Source: Perkinsus chesapeaki ATCC PRA-425 (lineage: Eukaryota; Protista; Perkinsozoa). Taken from it: a stretch of 43,806 bases of DNA. The position numbers were made by a program, and so were the translations under genes. Every line of letters starts with the position of its first letter. Positions within the stretch are counted from its first letter, which is position 1. The notes beneath the pieces are model-generated. The model saw only the letters and a program-made list of their open reading frames with translations, was not told where the DNA came from and ran no database searches. This document shows positions 24,032 to 35,667 of this stretch, piece after piece. The stretch is taken from contig JAAPAO010000278.1 of NCBI GenBank assembly GCA_013115145.1, positions 1-43,806 on the forward strand. The letters are read 5' to 3'.

Positions 24032-25839
24032 ATGTTCGGCAGCTGTTCATCATCATGTTCTACTGATAGTGGTGATAGTAGTGGTGGAGGTGGTGGTGAA
24101 GATTCTGATAAGCCCAGTATACTTAAGCCCCTCCTTCCCCCGGCCAAGGGGCGGAAGGATACAAAGGGGCAGCATTCGTTACAAGACTTGGCTAATAATC
24201 TCGTAACGAAATCCTCTAAGTCTAGATTTGACGAAGCATGCACACTTTGCGGGTAATCATCATTGAAAGTCGAGATTCTCAACCTGCCACAGATACTCAA
24301 TACCTGTGGCGTTGTCCTCTGCGGCACGAAATTTCCACGATATGACGGATCAGTTTATCCTCGGCCACTTGGGAACCGAGTAAGTGGACAGCTAGAGGTG
24401 TCAGAATAATTAATGATACTGTATAGATACCTTGCGGCTTGTGGTGTTGCCGGTATCTGGACATTCCTATTCGACGTTATGGTCCTTGAGTCCGTTATTC
24501 AGTTATCCACTTTATGTAGTCAGGCATTCGGTGCTGGTAGGCCGACATTCTCTTAACCCTGTTAACCCTGTTGCATAAGATGGTATCTTTAGGTAACTAC
24601 ACGCTAGTTGGCGAGTGGTTCCAGTTGGGCCTATGCTGTTTCACCTTAATGTGTGTTCCTGTTATTGTCACTCGTTGGTTCACCGCTGACTTTTTAGAGT
24701 TCATGGGTTTCGACGCTGAACTCTCATATTTGGCCGGAAGATACACTACCTATTCCCAGTTGTCAATCCTCTGTGATGTTGTATTCTTCTCATGCCGCTC
24801 TTATCTATCCGCCCAAGGTATAGTAAAGCCATCAATGATAATCGATAATGTGGCTGTTGTTATTAACCTTGGTGTTGCCTATGTGATGACCTTCCCTATG
24901 GGTCTAGGCCTTATCGGTGCTGCCATTGCCACCACTATAACTAGATTCCTTCGCACTGTTATGTACATTCTCTATTGCTTTGTATGGAAGGGATATCACA
25001 GACGCACGTGGAACGGTTGGACTGCTAAAGCTGTCACCAACCCGAAGAGATGGAAGATCCTTCTAGGTCTAGCGTTACCAGCTGCATGGGGCGCTCTTAC
25101 CGAAGAGATACAGTACGAGCTGTTGTGCTTTATGGCGGCTAAGATGGGCTCGGTCGTCATCGCTGCACACAATCTATCCCTGTCTATCATGGATTTATTC
25201 TTTGTATTCTCTACAGGTGAATTCTCATACCGCTCCTCCCGTCAATCCCCTCCTTTCTCAGGTATAGGTCAAGGCGTCGGTGTCCGTGTTGCTGCTGCTA
25301 TATCATCCTTCCGCATATCCGATGCTAAGAGGACTGTGGAAGTTGGTCTAGAGCTCACCCTGGTCGCCGGTGTGTTCCTCGGTGGTGCCTATATAGCCTT
25401 GCTACCCCTCCTTGCCAAGGCTGCATCCGACGATCCCGAGGTCCAGAACCTTCTCATGAAGCTCTCGCCGTACGTGGCTGTAGGCATAGCCGCCATGATG
25501 TGCCTTACACCAGCCTTCCAAGTCCTACTCAACCAGGGTCGATCGAAGATATCCTCCAATATCATTGCCGTTTGCTGCTGGGTTGTGGGGTTCCCCATCT
25601 CATACATCTACGGCCTTAAGCTCGATGGAGGGGTCTATGGCCTGTGGCTTGGTCTCATTGCTGGCTATGGCAGCTCAGTTATAGTTATGATCCTCATTAT
25701 TTGCAAGTAGCAATCGTAGCATCATCAGTAGCGCGACCTTGTTGATATTGTATGTTTCAGGACGGATTGGTACAAGGTATGCACGGAAGCTCGATTAAGG
25801 TCTGAAGTCTCCAGAGGTGTCGCCGCTGCAGCACAGTAA
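24032..25839 (+). CDS. MATE-family multidrug/toxin efflux transporter
   Basis: Spliced N-terminus ..CG|YSIPVALSS..MTDQFILGHLGTE|YLAA..LSTLCSQAFGAG|NYTLVG; long multi-TM exon; C-terminus GLWLGL..K|TDWYKVCTEARLR. Confidence 0.92.
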
Positions 25840-26464
25840 CGACGACCACGTCGTAGTTCCACAGCAAGTACCGTCGATTACCATATATCCATTGTACTAG
25901 TTCTGACGCCCATATACGGATGCCTGACTCGGTATAATCTTTGTACGACTACAGTCGCTATCTTGGACAAGTTACCTTCGCCGATTCATGGAGTTACTTG
26001 ATAACCGACAGCAGCAGCAGCAGCAGTCGTTTAGATCAGTTGTTCATCATCATTTCTGTGTGGTATTGCTAAACAATGGATAATATGGCATATTGTTATA
26101 CTTGCAGCAGCAGCAGCAGATGGATAAGAACCAATGCTTATTATTACTCTTCTTCTACATAACCACTTCCACCACCACTACTCCACAAGTCATCCCTCCC
26201 AGTGGAGGTATGGCCAAGCCGACGGATGCCGGTTGGTTTATAGTGCAGATGATAATACGATACAAAGGAAAAGCTATAAAGACGATGATAGTCTTTTGCT
26301 CTCTCATTATAATCTCACTGTTGCTCCGGTTGTTGTTGTTATTAGCATTCCTCAATAGCCCTTCGGCTGAGGGCTTTTGATGTGGTTTCTCGGAACATTA
26401 CCCTCCTTCCGCTTTGCGTTGTTATTATTAATAACTCCGTGTCATTCCATCATCACCATTGGAA

Positions 26465-27700
26465 ATGCGTTTATCTGCCCTATCGGTCTTCACCACAATT
26501 TCCCTCGTATTTTCTCAGCCCTACGAGCCCACTGCTCTGGGTTACGACTACGATGCCCTTGAACCGTAGGTCCCTCCTCTACTATTACATTCCCTTGTTC
26601 AGTTATATCGATGCTGAGACCATGCGCATCCACCATGTTGGGCATTATAAGGCCTATGCGGACAAGGTACCTAATTACCCCTTTGCTGCCGCTATTCTTG
26701 GCTCAGTTCTCGGCGGCAGCTCGTCAACTTCGAGCGATGCCAGAGTACAAGTACCTCGCCAAACTGGGTATGGATGGACTTCTTTCCAAGGTGACTGACT
26801 AGGTGCCTTACACTGCCATACCGCTCCTTCCTCGTGTAGTTGGATGAGGTGCCAGTGGCTTTGAGGGACAAGATAAGGAATAACGGTGGAGGAGTAATAA
26901 CGTTGGCTTGATGACTGGAGTACCCGAATCATCAGTATGTCAATCACGAGCTGTTCTTCGCCAGCATGTCGAAGGATGGAGGAGGGGAACCGGAGGGTGC
27001 CATAAGAACTGCTATCGACCAGTAAGGTCCATCTGCTTGTGGCGCCTAAACCTGACCACTTCTATGTTAGAGATTTCGGATCCTTCTCTAAATTCGTCGC
27101 AGGATTTACAAGTCTGGCTGAAGGCCGCTTTGGATCCGGATGGGTGTGGCTGGTTGTCGATACCTCAACAGATGATAACACGCTTAAGGTAGCCCTCGTT
27201 ATCCATCAACGGTAGCACTGAACCTATCACTACTTAACTAAATGGTATGTTAAGCGTTCTCTAATTATTATCACTTTAATGGTTGTAATATGCATGATGG
27301 ATAAGTCGTAAAGTTGTATTTCGTCATAATGTGGTTATATTTCAGATCCTCTCCACCCAGAATCAAGATACTCCACAAATGGTCTCTCGTAATACCCCAT
27401 TCTCCTGCAGCCCCCCCAATTTAATTCCTTATCAGCCCATTTCGTGCCTCTACTCGGCCTCGATGTGTGGGAGCATGCCTACTATCTCAAGTATAAGAAT
27501 AACCGACGTGCCTATATCGATGCGTGGTGGAATGTATGTAGTCTGCCTTTGACAGCTTTCCTTGTACAAAATTTCAGGTGGTTGATTGGACCACCGTCAA
27601 CGAAAGATACATTCAAGGTGGTTTCACGCATCTCGACTCTGATATGGTAATTCCGCCGAGCCCTGGGCTTTGTGACATGTTGTCCTCCACAGTTGCCTGA
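26465..27700 (+). CDS. Fe/Mn superoxide dismutase with Mn-type signature and N-terminal signal peptide
   Basis: [34 protein letters not shown]|[25 protein letters not shown]|[36 protein letters not shown]. All four metal ligands present. Confidence 0.93.
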
Positions 27701-27898
27701 TAACGAGTCCACGGAGCGAGAGCTTTAGACTATTAGATGTTTCGACTTCCAATTTTTTAATTTCATACACTTATTATGTTGTGTTGTTAAACAGTGTTAC
27801 TTGAACGCAATAAAGATTGTGAATGGTAATTACAAGGCAATTTAGTAAGTTGACGTCCTCGAGGACTTTGAAGGTCGAAAATCTAAGTGACTTCATAG

Positions 27899-29815
27899 TT
27901 ATCGCCCAGCTGCTGATCCTGGCCAGTGCTTCCTCTGTTGTTGAATATCGACTCTGATAATGAGGTCGCATATTATCTTATCAATTCATCTTTTACTTAC
28001 TGAATTCTGCCATTTGGTGCACCAGGCATCTCCATGCCATTAAGTGCCTTTACTGCGGCTATAGCACTATCCGGATTATCGTACAGTACGAAAGCGTATG
28101 ACCTTAAATGGAGTAACAACAACAACATTAGCAGCAGCAGTATTCTGCTTGTGGATTATTACCCTTTCCATTCATGAAACGGTGGTTTAACATCCAAACG
28201 TAATATCTGTCCGAATGGGGCAAACATTGAGGTTAGCTCTTCAACTGGGACATCATTAGCTAGGCCACCACAATACACTGTTGAGGGGCCTTCACCTAAA
28301 TATTACGGGTATGTCTCAAATGAAGCTTAATTAACGTTCATTCTCCTGTCCTTGCTCTTATTACCTTCCTTTATATTTTCTGCTATTGGTGGGGAATCTT
28401 CCTTCCCCACAAAGTCTTTTATAGTTTGATAAAAGGCTCCTGGAGTGGGACGTTTCATACCGTCTAGCTCCATGTGAATGGTTGTGCTCGCTGCTGATGG
28501 CTGAGATGGGAGATGTCATTAACTTTTACTGCTGCTGCTACTCACATTGTTAGCAAAGAACATAGTAGAGTTTGACAGGGCTCTCATCGCTTCAAGCATT
28601 TTCTCAACCGAATCGAATGAGGCTATACCAACGGGAACATCGTCTTCAGTCTTACTGACCCGTGCTGAACAGAAACTGTATTAAACCTATTACTGAAGAG
28701 GAATGGACATTGAAACTGCTATCTGCCTGTTATTATACTTGGCGTGTCCCAGCCCTATTACTGTAGGGACATTCAAATCCTGCTCTTGAGAAGAAGTTCT
28801 TGAGATGTTCCCAAGTTGTTCCTTCAGGTATATTATGTACCAAACAAGTTGCTTCTTTTAAACCTCTTGGTGCTCCTCCTCCTCCACCATTAGCTTTTCC
28901 TTTACCCTTTCCTTTACCACTTTCATCCCAACGACCACTATAAGGAGATCTACTCCTTTCACGTATATATCGTGATGAAGGAACTGGTGGTGCGATTTCT
29001 CCCCAATCTTCATCATAATTTCCACCTCTACCTTTACCCTTCCCTCCACCACCACTACTGCCTTTACCGAATTTAAGTGGTTTAGGTCTTGCAAATTCAA
29101 CCAATAAAGTATATGGTCCACCACTTGGCCATGGTACTGTGAAATTATTCATATGATTAACTGCATCTTGTGCTGAATCTGGATATTGATAACGTATAAA
29201 TACCAATGCACCACCGTCACCACGGAATAGAACACTTTCTATTGGACCAAATTTACCAAACATATTTCTAACTGCACTTTCATCCATTGACTCTGGTAAA
29301 TGACGTACAAATATTTGAGTCCTTGATAAGTCTAACGTGGATGCGTAATCATCCTGAATAAAATGTCGTTTGCTCCTTTTACCTCATTCATTAACTTTGT
29401 CACTTATTGCTCACTATAACGTTTGTATAAACTCAATGCCTATGGTTGTCACTTATTGCTCATCTATAACGCTTGTATAAACTCAATGCCTATGGTTGTC
29501 GATTATTGCTTACTATAACGTTTGTATAAACTCAATGCCTATGGTTGTCGATTATTGCTTACTATAACGTTTGTATAAACTCAATGCCTATGGTTGTCGA
29601 TTGTTGCTGACTATAACGTTTGTATAAACTCAATGCCTATGTGCTTTTCTCAAGCCTTTATCATTTATTTCCTTATTACTAGCGTTATTTACCCTGCTTA
29701 CTCTTTGCTCATAAGAAGGTCCCCAATTATCCCCTTCATATCCGGAGCCAGCTGACCCCTTTCTCCTATATGAGTTCCACCTCCCTTCATAATCGTTATA
29801 ATCGTCATAGCCCAT
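27899..29815 (-). CDS. Three-RRM RNA-binding protein, paralog A (SR/Gbp2-like, with Gly/Lys/Arg-rich linkers)
   Basis: RRM1 QIFVRHLP..ALVFIRY; RRM2 CLVHNIPEGTTWEHLKNFF; RRM3 exon near 28030-28310; ends QRKHWPGSAAGR*. Confidence 0.85.
29398..29641. repeat. Intronic minisatellite, 5 copies of about 49 bp
   Basis: Consensus tgtcgattattgcttactataacgtttgtataaactcaatgcctatggt; copies start at 29398, 29447, 29497, 29546 and 29595; no spacers. Confidence 0.95.
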
Positions 29816-30813
29816 GTCTGAGACGTTTGCTTGATGAAAGGAAGGTGGTTGGTGGTGGTGCAGGGGACAGTAAGAGGTGTCTCTCTTGAAATCTTGCACA
29901 TCTTGCATTTACTCAACGTTCCTCAACCTCCGTACGTTTTGTCACGCAACCGCTGACAGTATACTGAACCCCCGAAAAAGCTTTGTTCATATCATCTCTG
30001 AGCATTCATTCCTACACTGTAAACTCAACAGGACTGGATGTTAACAAGATATTTCTTCAACGCGTTTTAGGCGCCTGCGGCTGCACGCACATACACAGTT
30101 TGCTAAGTTGTCACGCCAGTGTTGATACGGCCAGTTTGGTACAGGAGCTGATTCCGTTGAATATGAGTGAATAATTACGGATATGGTGCGGATTATAGTC
30201 AGGTTAGTTGTACGTTCATCCACTTATCAACTCACCATTGTGGCTTAGTCACGACGGAAATACTCGATTCTTCACTACGTTCGATATGGGGTTGAGTCTG
30301 CAGCGGTACAACAATATCGCCAAGGGACCTACTGCCATGCTTGGCTTGGCTTGGCTTGGCCTGGTCTAACGACGATGATGTGGTGTGGCACAAAGTGGAG
30401 CGTGACCTGTACCCGTAGTCTCACGGTGAGACTCTCACCCCCCTCAACACTCTTCCACAAGAAGGCGGTTTTGGCGAGAGCTCTCGGGAACTGTCAAATG
30501 GTTCTTACAGCGGCAGCATTCCCTTTGCCCTCTTTAGAGGTCCGCTGATGCACGGGAAGAGCGCACTGAATTGTAGAGATGTAATGAGTGAAGGTCTTCT
30601 CCTCCGAAGGTTACATTAATCGGTTTCGGTTTAATCACTTCATACCGCCAAACTAAAGGATCTTCCTCGGAGGATGGCTTCAAGATTGGACCCAACTTAC
30701 ACCAGACAAACTTGCAGACTAAGACATTATAACATCATTCACACCGAAGGATAAAGTCCCTCCAACTATTGGAGGGCAGACGAGTGGCTATCGAAGGGAT
30801 TAGGCCCAATCCA

Positions 30814-31769
30814 TTAATAATAATAAGCGAAGAGTCGATGGCCCTTGTCGACGTTCTAAAAACAGATATGATTGTAAAAAGTAAACGTCGACATGACAAT
30901 GTCATGATGACATGACATGTCGATTGACAGTAATAAGTTAATCGTACTGTGCAGTTTATCTCCTTGAACTTGAGTCTATTCAGTCCTTGTAGACCATCCC
31001 TGCCTTCCTCTACGATCAAGTAAGTCGCCACAAGTTTGGGGTAATCATCCTTAACCTGACTTAATGACCCTTGCATGTCCCAGAGTTCGGCGACGATGAA
31101 ATTACGCTCTTGAGGAAGCTCTTTAACAGGTCCGTTCCTACTCCTATGCCTCTCCATGAACCTTGAACGACTCTCCAGTAGATATAGCAGAGCTGAGGCT
31201 CAGACGTCTCTACAGGCGCTGTAGGCGAAGGCCTGCCATACAAATGAATTTCATCATGAACCCAGTGGAACACAATACGAAGATAACTTAGGGTGTTTGC
31301 AAATGCCACCGAGCGAAGGCGATAACCATTGTCCCAGGCTACATGTTGGCCTTAACGAGCTCAGCAAAAGCGTTAGGTGTACCATGATCAATTGAGGCCT
31401 TCAATCCTCCAGCGATTCTCTGAGAATGGAAACTTTACTGGACACCTCATCGCTGTGCACGCTACGATCCAGTAGTAGCTCGCAAAGGATTGAAGCCCGC
31501 TACCGAGATTCTTGACTTACTCTTTGCGGATGTGTCGTGTTACCCATCTTCTCGTAAGAGGCGACGAAAAAGTAATCTGGCTTTAATAGGGCGGACATTG
31601 GCGGCTCGTCTATTTTATCGCCCTCTCTAGCTTTCTCAAATGTAAGCTCAGGCATACTCTGCCTTAGTCTATACTTCTGGATGAACTCACGTGGGCTTTT
31701 CATGAACTGTTTTAATGCAGCCTCTGCGCTACAGGTGCAGAGGACTAACGTGACAAGGGACATTCTCAT
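30814..31769 (-). CDS. GNAT-family acetyltransferase with signal peptide (GNAT-B)
   Basis: MRMSLVTLVLCTCSAEA-; LTFEKAREGD; YFFVASY; CYIYWRVVQGSWRGIGVGTDLLKSFLKS|VKDDYPKLVATYLIV..LNRLKFKEI..|NVDKGHRLFAYYY*. Confidence 0.75.
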
Positions 31770-32055
31770 TTTATGATGCTTGGATAATAGAGACAGAACG
31801 AACAACTGCGGATTGATCAAGTGTCCTCCCAGTACAACGGAAGGAGGGCCCCTTTGGAAGGTCAAAACTCGAGAGCTAACATGGGGGTAGCTTTGACAAC
31901 ATTCATTAAATAAAACATCTCCAAGGGGTGGGAAGATTCATAGATAACATGTATAAAAGGGGTTGATAAACTTGATAGCAGGGTTAGGGAGAAGCCTTCG
32001 ACAAGCACGTAAACAGATAAACACCTCCCTGACTAGCTGTTACTGACATATTCTG

Positions 32056-32998
32056 CTAGTATTTGTAGACGTATATTGTAGAACCTTGGCCAACCTAGAA
32101 GATCGCCAATCAACATGAATGCATTGACAGGATACCAACCAGATCTCCGGCATCGTACGCCTTAAACCCGTTCTTCTCGTGGAACTCTTTCTCCCATTCA
32201 TCATCGTTTTTCACAAGGGTGAAAACGGCTTTCATTTTCGGCAAATCTTTTTTAACCTGAAGCATCCGTAATTCTGAGCTGTGAATGATTGAAACTCAAC
32301 CGAGCAGCTCGGCCCGAGCTATGCGAGATTAAAAAAGACAAGTTACTAATATAGCAGACCGCCACTTGGTGCGACTTACACCTTTGAGTGCCGTCTTCAG
32401 AAGCTTCGCGGACACGCGCTGTCTCCATTCCTCGAGGAAGCTAAGGTTGTATATGTAGCATATCATAGCCTCTTTCGCCTTCTTCGAACTGAAATGAACC
32501 CAGAGCTGAGTCTGTCCATGATTTTAATACTGATACTGTTGCTCTCGATAACCTCAATGTTACATCTTTGAGCGAACGAATTCGATGAGTTCCTTATGCT
32601 CCGGGACATTCTTCTCGTCATAAGGAGCAAATATATTTATTATCCCAACTGCTGTCTGACACAGGATAACAGTTAGTCATTATATATCAATCTCAACAAA
32701 TACAACGTCGAAAGTTCGGCTATTCACGGGCCGATGCCAGATCATAACGCCGCCGCGGAAGTTAACCTACTTGCTCTGATTCTTTCGCCGCTACGAATAT
32801 ATGGCCAAGTCCAAAACTGGTGTGTAACCCCGTCGTATTGTCCGATTTCTGGAACCTTCTATAAATGATGGGCTCATCAGGAACGACAGTTTGCCCTCCT
32901 GTAGAAAGCGAAGATTGAACTGGTCCCTTAACGGACAATCTGGCCCATACGCCATAGTTGATGGCGAAGAGGATCTTCACGAGATTAGCCGGAACCAT
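32056..32998 (-). CDS. GNAT-fold protein with signal-like N-terminus (GNAT-A)
   Basis: MVPANLVKILFAINYGVWA-; IIYRRFQKSD; HIFVAAKESEQ|TAVGIINIF; CYIYNLSFLEEWRQRVSAKLLKTALKG|VKKDLPKMKAVFTLVKND..FHEKNGFK..|VGQGSTIYVYKY*. Confidence 0.72.
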
Positions 32999-33318
32999 CG
33001 AGGGATTGAAGGCGCTTTGAAGCAATGAATCGACTCTGCAACATGATATCCCAAGCAGAGTGATAATTCGTTATCTCAATGTTCCCTAGAGTGTCATTCC
33101 GTCCTTCAAGGCGCCCCGGAAATGAAATTTTTGAGCACTTGGCCATTTTACGGCGAGCGAGTCATTCGGTGTCTCGGTTAGAGGAAGTGGACGGCTGTGT
33201 ACCGCGGTCTTGACCGTTCTTGTTAGTTCTAAATGTGACTGGTAAAACGCAACAAATATATTAAAGTCAATCTAATAAGCGATAACCGAAAACGTCACAA
33301 TTATCAAAGCCTTTCAAT

Positions 33319-33320
<2 letters not shown>

Positions 33321-33356
<36 letters not shown>
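33321..33356. repeat. (CAT)12 microsatellite in the 3' flank of RRM paralog B
   Basis: Twelve perfect CAT units. Confidence 0.95.
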
Positions 33357-33367
33357 GATGGTGGTCA

Positions 33368-35424
33368 TCAATGAGACTTAGAACCAGGCCAGTGCTTCCT
33401 CTGAACTTGGATCTGGACTCTGAGTGGGGAGCCGTGACAAGAAGCTGACTGACAGGAAGTCTTACGTTATACGACCATTCGGTGCGCCAGCCATCTCCAA
33501 GCCGTCCAATGCATTCACGGCATTTGTTGCACTTTCTGCATCCTCATACAGGACGAACGCATACGAGCTAGAGACGACCGTAAAATACAGTATTGCAGCA
33601 CCCCCTCCCTGGCTCAGCAGCTTACCCTTTCCATTCATAGAACGGCGGCTTTATGTCAAGCCGCAATATTCTGCCAAATGGCGTGAACATTGCACTGAGC
33701 TGTTCTGCGGGCACGTCGATTGGTAGTCCACCACAATACACTGTCGTGCCTCCTTCATCTGACAAAGAATAACGTCCATATCTGAAAGATATGGGTAGGT
33801 GAGCTGGATCATTTGGTGTGGATTAGCGAACCGTCAGGAAGTCAATCCCGCCGTACATCAAGTATGATAGAATACATGACGCAGCGAAGGTATGATCTAG
33901 TATTGAGAAGATACTTGCAGTGTAACGAATTTCAAGCCATTTGTTTGTTGTTGTCGTTGTTGTTGTTGATATTGTGTGACATTGCTACCCTGTTGTTGTT
34001 TGGGGTCATTGGCCGGTGATGGCGGTTGCCCTGTTTCCTTTTGGATATGCTGCTCTATGCCTTTGAAGAATTCACCCGGTGTTGGTCGCTGCATTCCATC
34101 GGGCTCCATGTAGATGACTCGGCTTGCTGCCGTTGATAACTGTGAAAAGCAAATTAAGTTATGATATGGGACTTGTAGTTTATCTTGTTCATCAGGCCAA
34201 AGAGCGTCCGTCAGGCGCTTTGATAATTTCATTACCGAAAATGGTATAAATGAAAAGGAAGAGTGAAAGTAGCAGCCCTTACATTAGTAGCCGAGGGCAT
34301 TGTTGAGTTTGATAATTGCCTCATTGCACTGAGCATATCATCTGTAGTGTAAAAGGATACGACACCAACAGGATAACTATCGGGAGCGCATCCGATTTTT
34401 ACTGAGACAAGGAATCATTTGAATGGCGATGAGGCGTGGGGTAAATTTTACCAGTGGGTGTGTCAAATCCTGCCCGTGAGAAGAAGTTCTTGAGATGTTC
34501 CCAAGTTGTTCCTTCAGGTATATTATGTACCAAACAAGTTGCTTCTTTTAAACCTCTTGGTGCTCCTCCTCCTCCTCCTCCACCATTGGCTTTTCCTTTA
34601 CCCTTTCCTTTACCACTTTCATCCCAACGACCACTATAAGGAGATCTACTCCTTTCACGTACATATCGTGATGAAGGAACTGGTGGTGCAATTTCTCCCC
34701 AATCTTCATCATAATTTCCACCTCTACCTTTACCCTTCCCTCCACCACCACTACTGCCTTTACCGAATTTAAGTGGTTTAGGTCTTGCAAATTCAACCTT
34801 TAAAGTATATGGTCCACCACTTGGCCATGGTACTGTGAAACGATTCATATGATTAACTGCATCTTGTGCTGAATCTGGATATTGATAACGTATAAATACC
34901 AATGCACCACCGTCACCACGGAATAGAACACTTTCTATTGGACCAAATTTACCAAACATATTTCTAACTGCACTTTCATCCATTGACTCTGGTAAATGAC
35001 GTACAAATATTTGGGTCTTTGGTGGGGCAACCGGTGGAACATATCCCTCCTGAAGGACCGACTCTATGACTCATTTACAATGGGAATATATATGTATAGA
35101 TTTGGAAGTGTTATTTTTGTTACTGTGGGATGTTAAATTATTCAGGGGAGAAGGAAAAGGATATTCACGCTCAAGTGTGGAGATTTGTTTTCTTTACTGA
35201 TTAGTGCAAAGTGTGGTATGACATTCACATAGGGCTATTAGATTAACCTCCGAAGAAGTGTGCGAAGGTACGACTGTGTTCTGTATCACTGTTAAATACC
35301 CTACCGGTAATGAGCTTTGATTAAGCACTGTATTTTGCCGCTGACTGTGTGGTGTTTTCACACTGCCTCCGCCTTTGGCACCCTTTCCCTTACCAGATAT
35401 ACCTCCTTTACCACTGAAGCTCAT
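33368..35424 (-). CDS. Three-RRM RNA-binding protein, paralog B
   Basis: Same architecture as paralog A; RRM3 TVYCGGLPIDV..YAFVLYED; ends QRKHWPGSKSH*. Start MSFSGKGG inferred. Confidence 0.85.
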
Positions 35425-35667
35425 AAAATGATTCAAAAAGGCGGGCTGCTCAATAAAATCCATTCCCAGGAGAGGGATCTGCAGAATCGTGTTCAATGCT
35501 CTCGGAACCTTGAAGCTTGAGCCCTTCTCAAAGATATCTTGAAAAGCTTGACTATCTTGATAAATCTCAACTATCACCTTGCACGCGTGCGCATGGTGTC
35601 TTTCGGTTTTGAAAATGCTAGTGATGGTAAACATTCCCTATCAGCCCTCTTATTTTTCCGTATCGTA

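Noticed and set aside
23932-24327. 131-aa antisense ORF with VVLLIRHG (histidine-phosphatase-like motif)
   Set aside because: It overlaps the first exon of the MATE gene, which splices cleanly in frame, and no other phosphatase motifs follow; most likely a shadow ORF.
26093-26562. Hydrophobic ORFs upstream of the SOD as a long bipartite leader
   Set aside because: They are out of frame or stop before the SOD, and the ATG at 26465 gives an in-frame signal peptide without extra splicing.
29398-29641. Repeat array as a CRISPR
   Set aside because: Units are contiguous with no unique spacers, the context is eukaryotic, and there are no cas genes.
29940-30760. Possible third GNAT or secreted paralog downstream of GNAT-B
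   Set aside because: A signal-like stretch (VLVCKFVWC) has no in-frame ATG and no GNAT motif could be spliced together; the content of this region is unresolved.
28858-34796. Val/Glu/Lys-rich ORFs 28858-29124, 34506-34772 and 34548-34796
   Set aside because: Alternative-frame shadows of the Gly/Lys-rich RRM exon.
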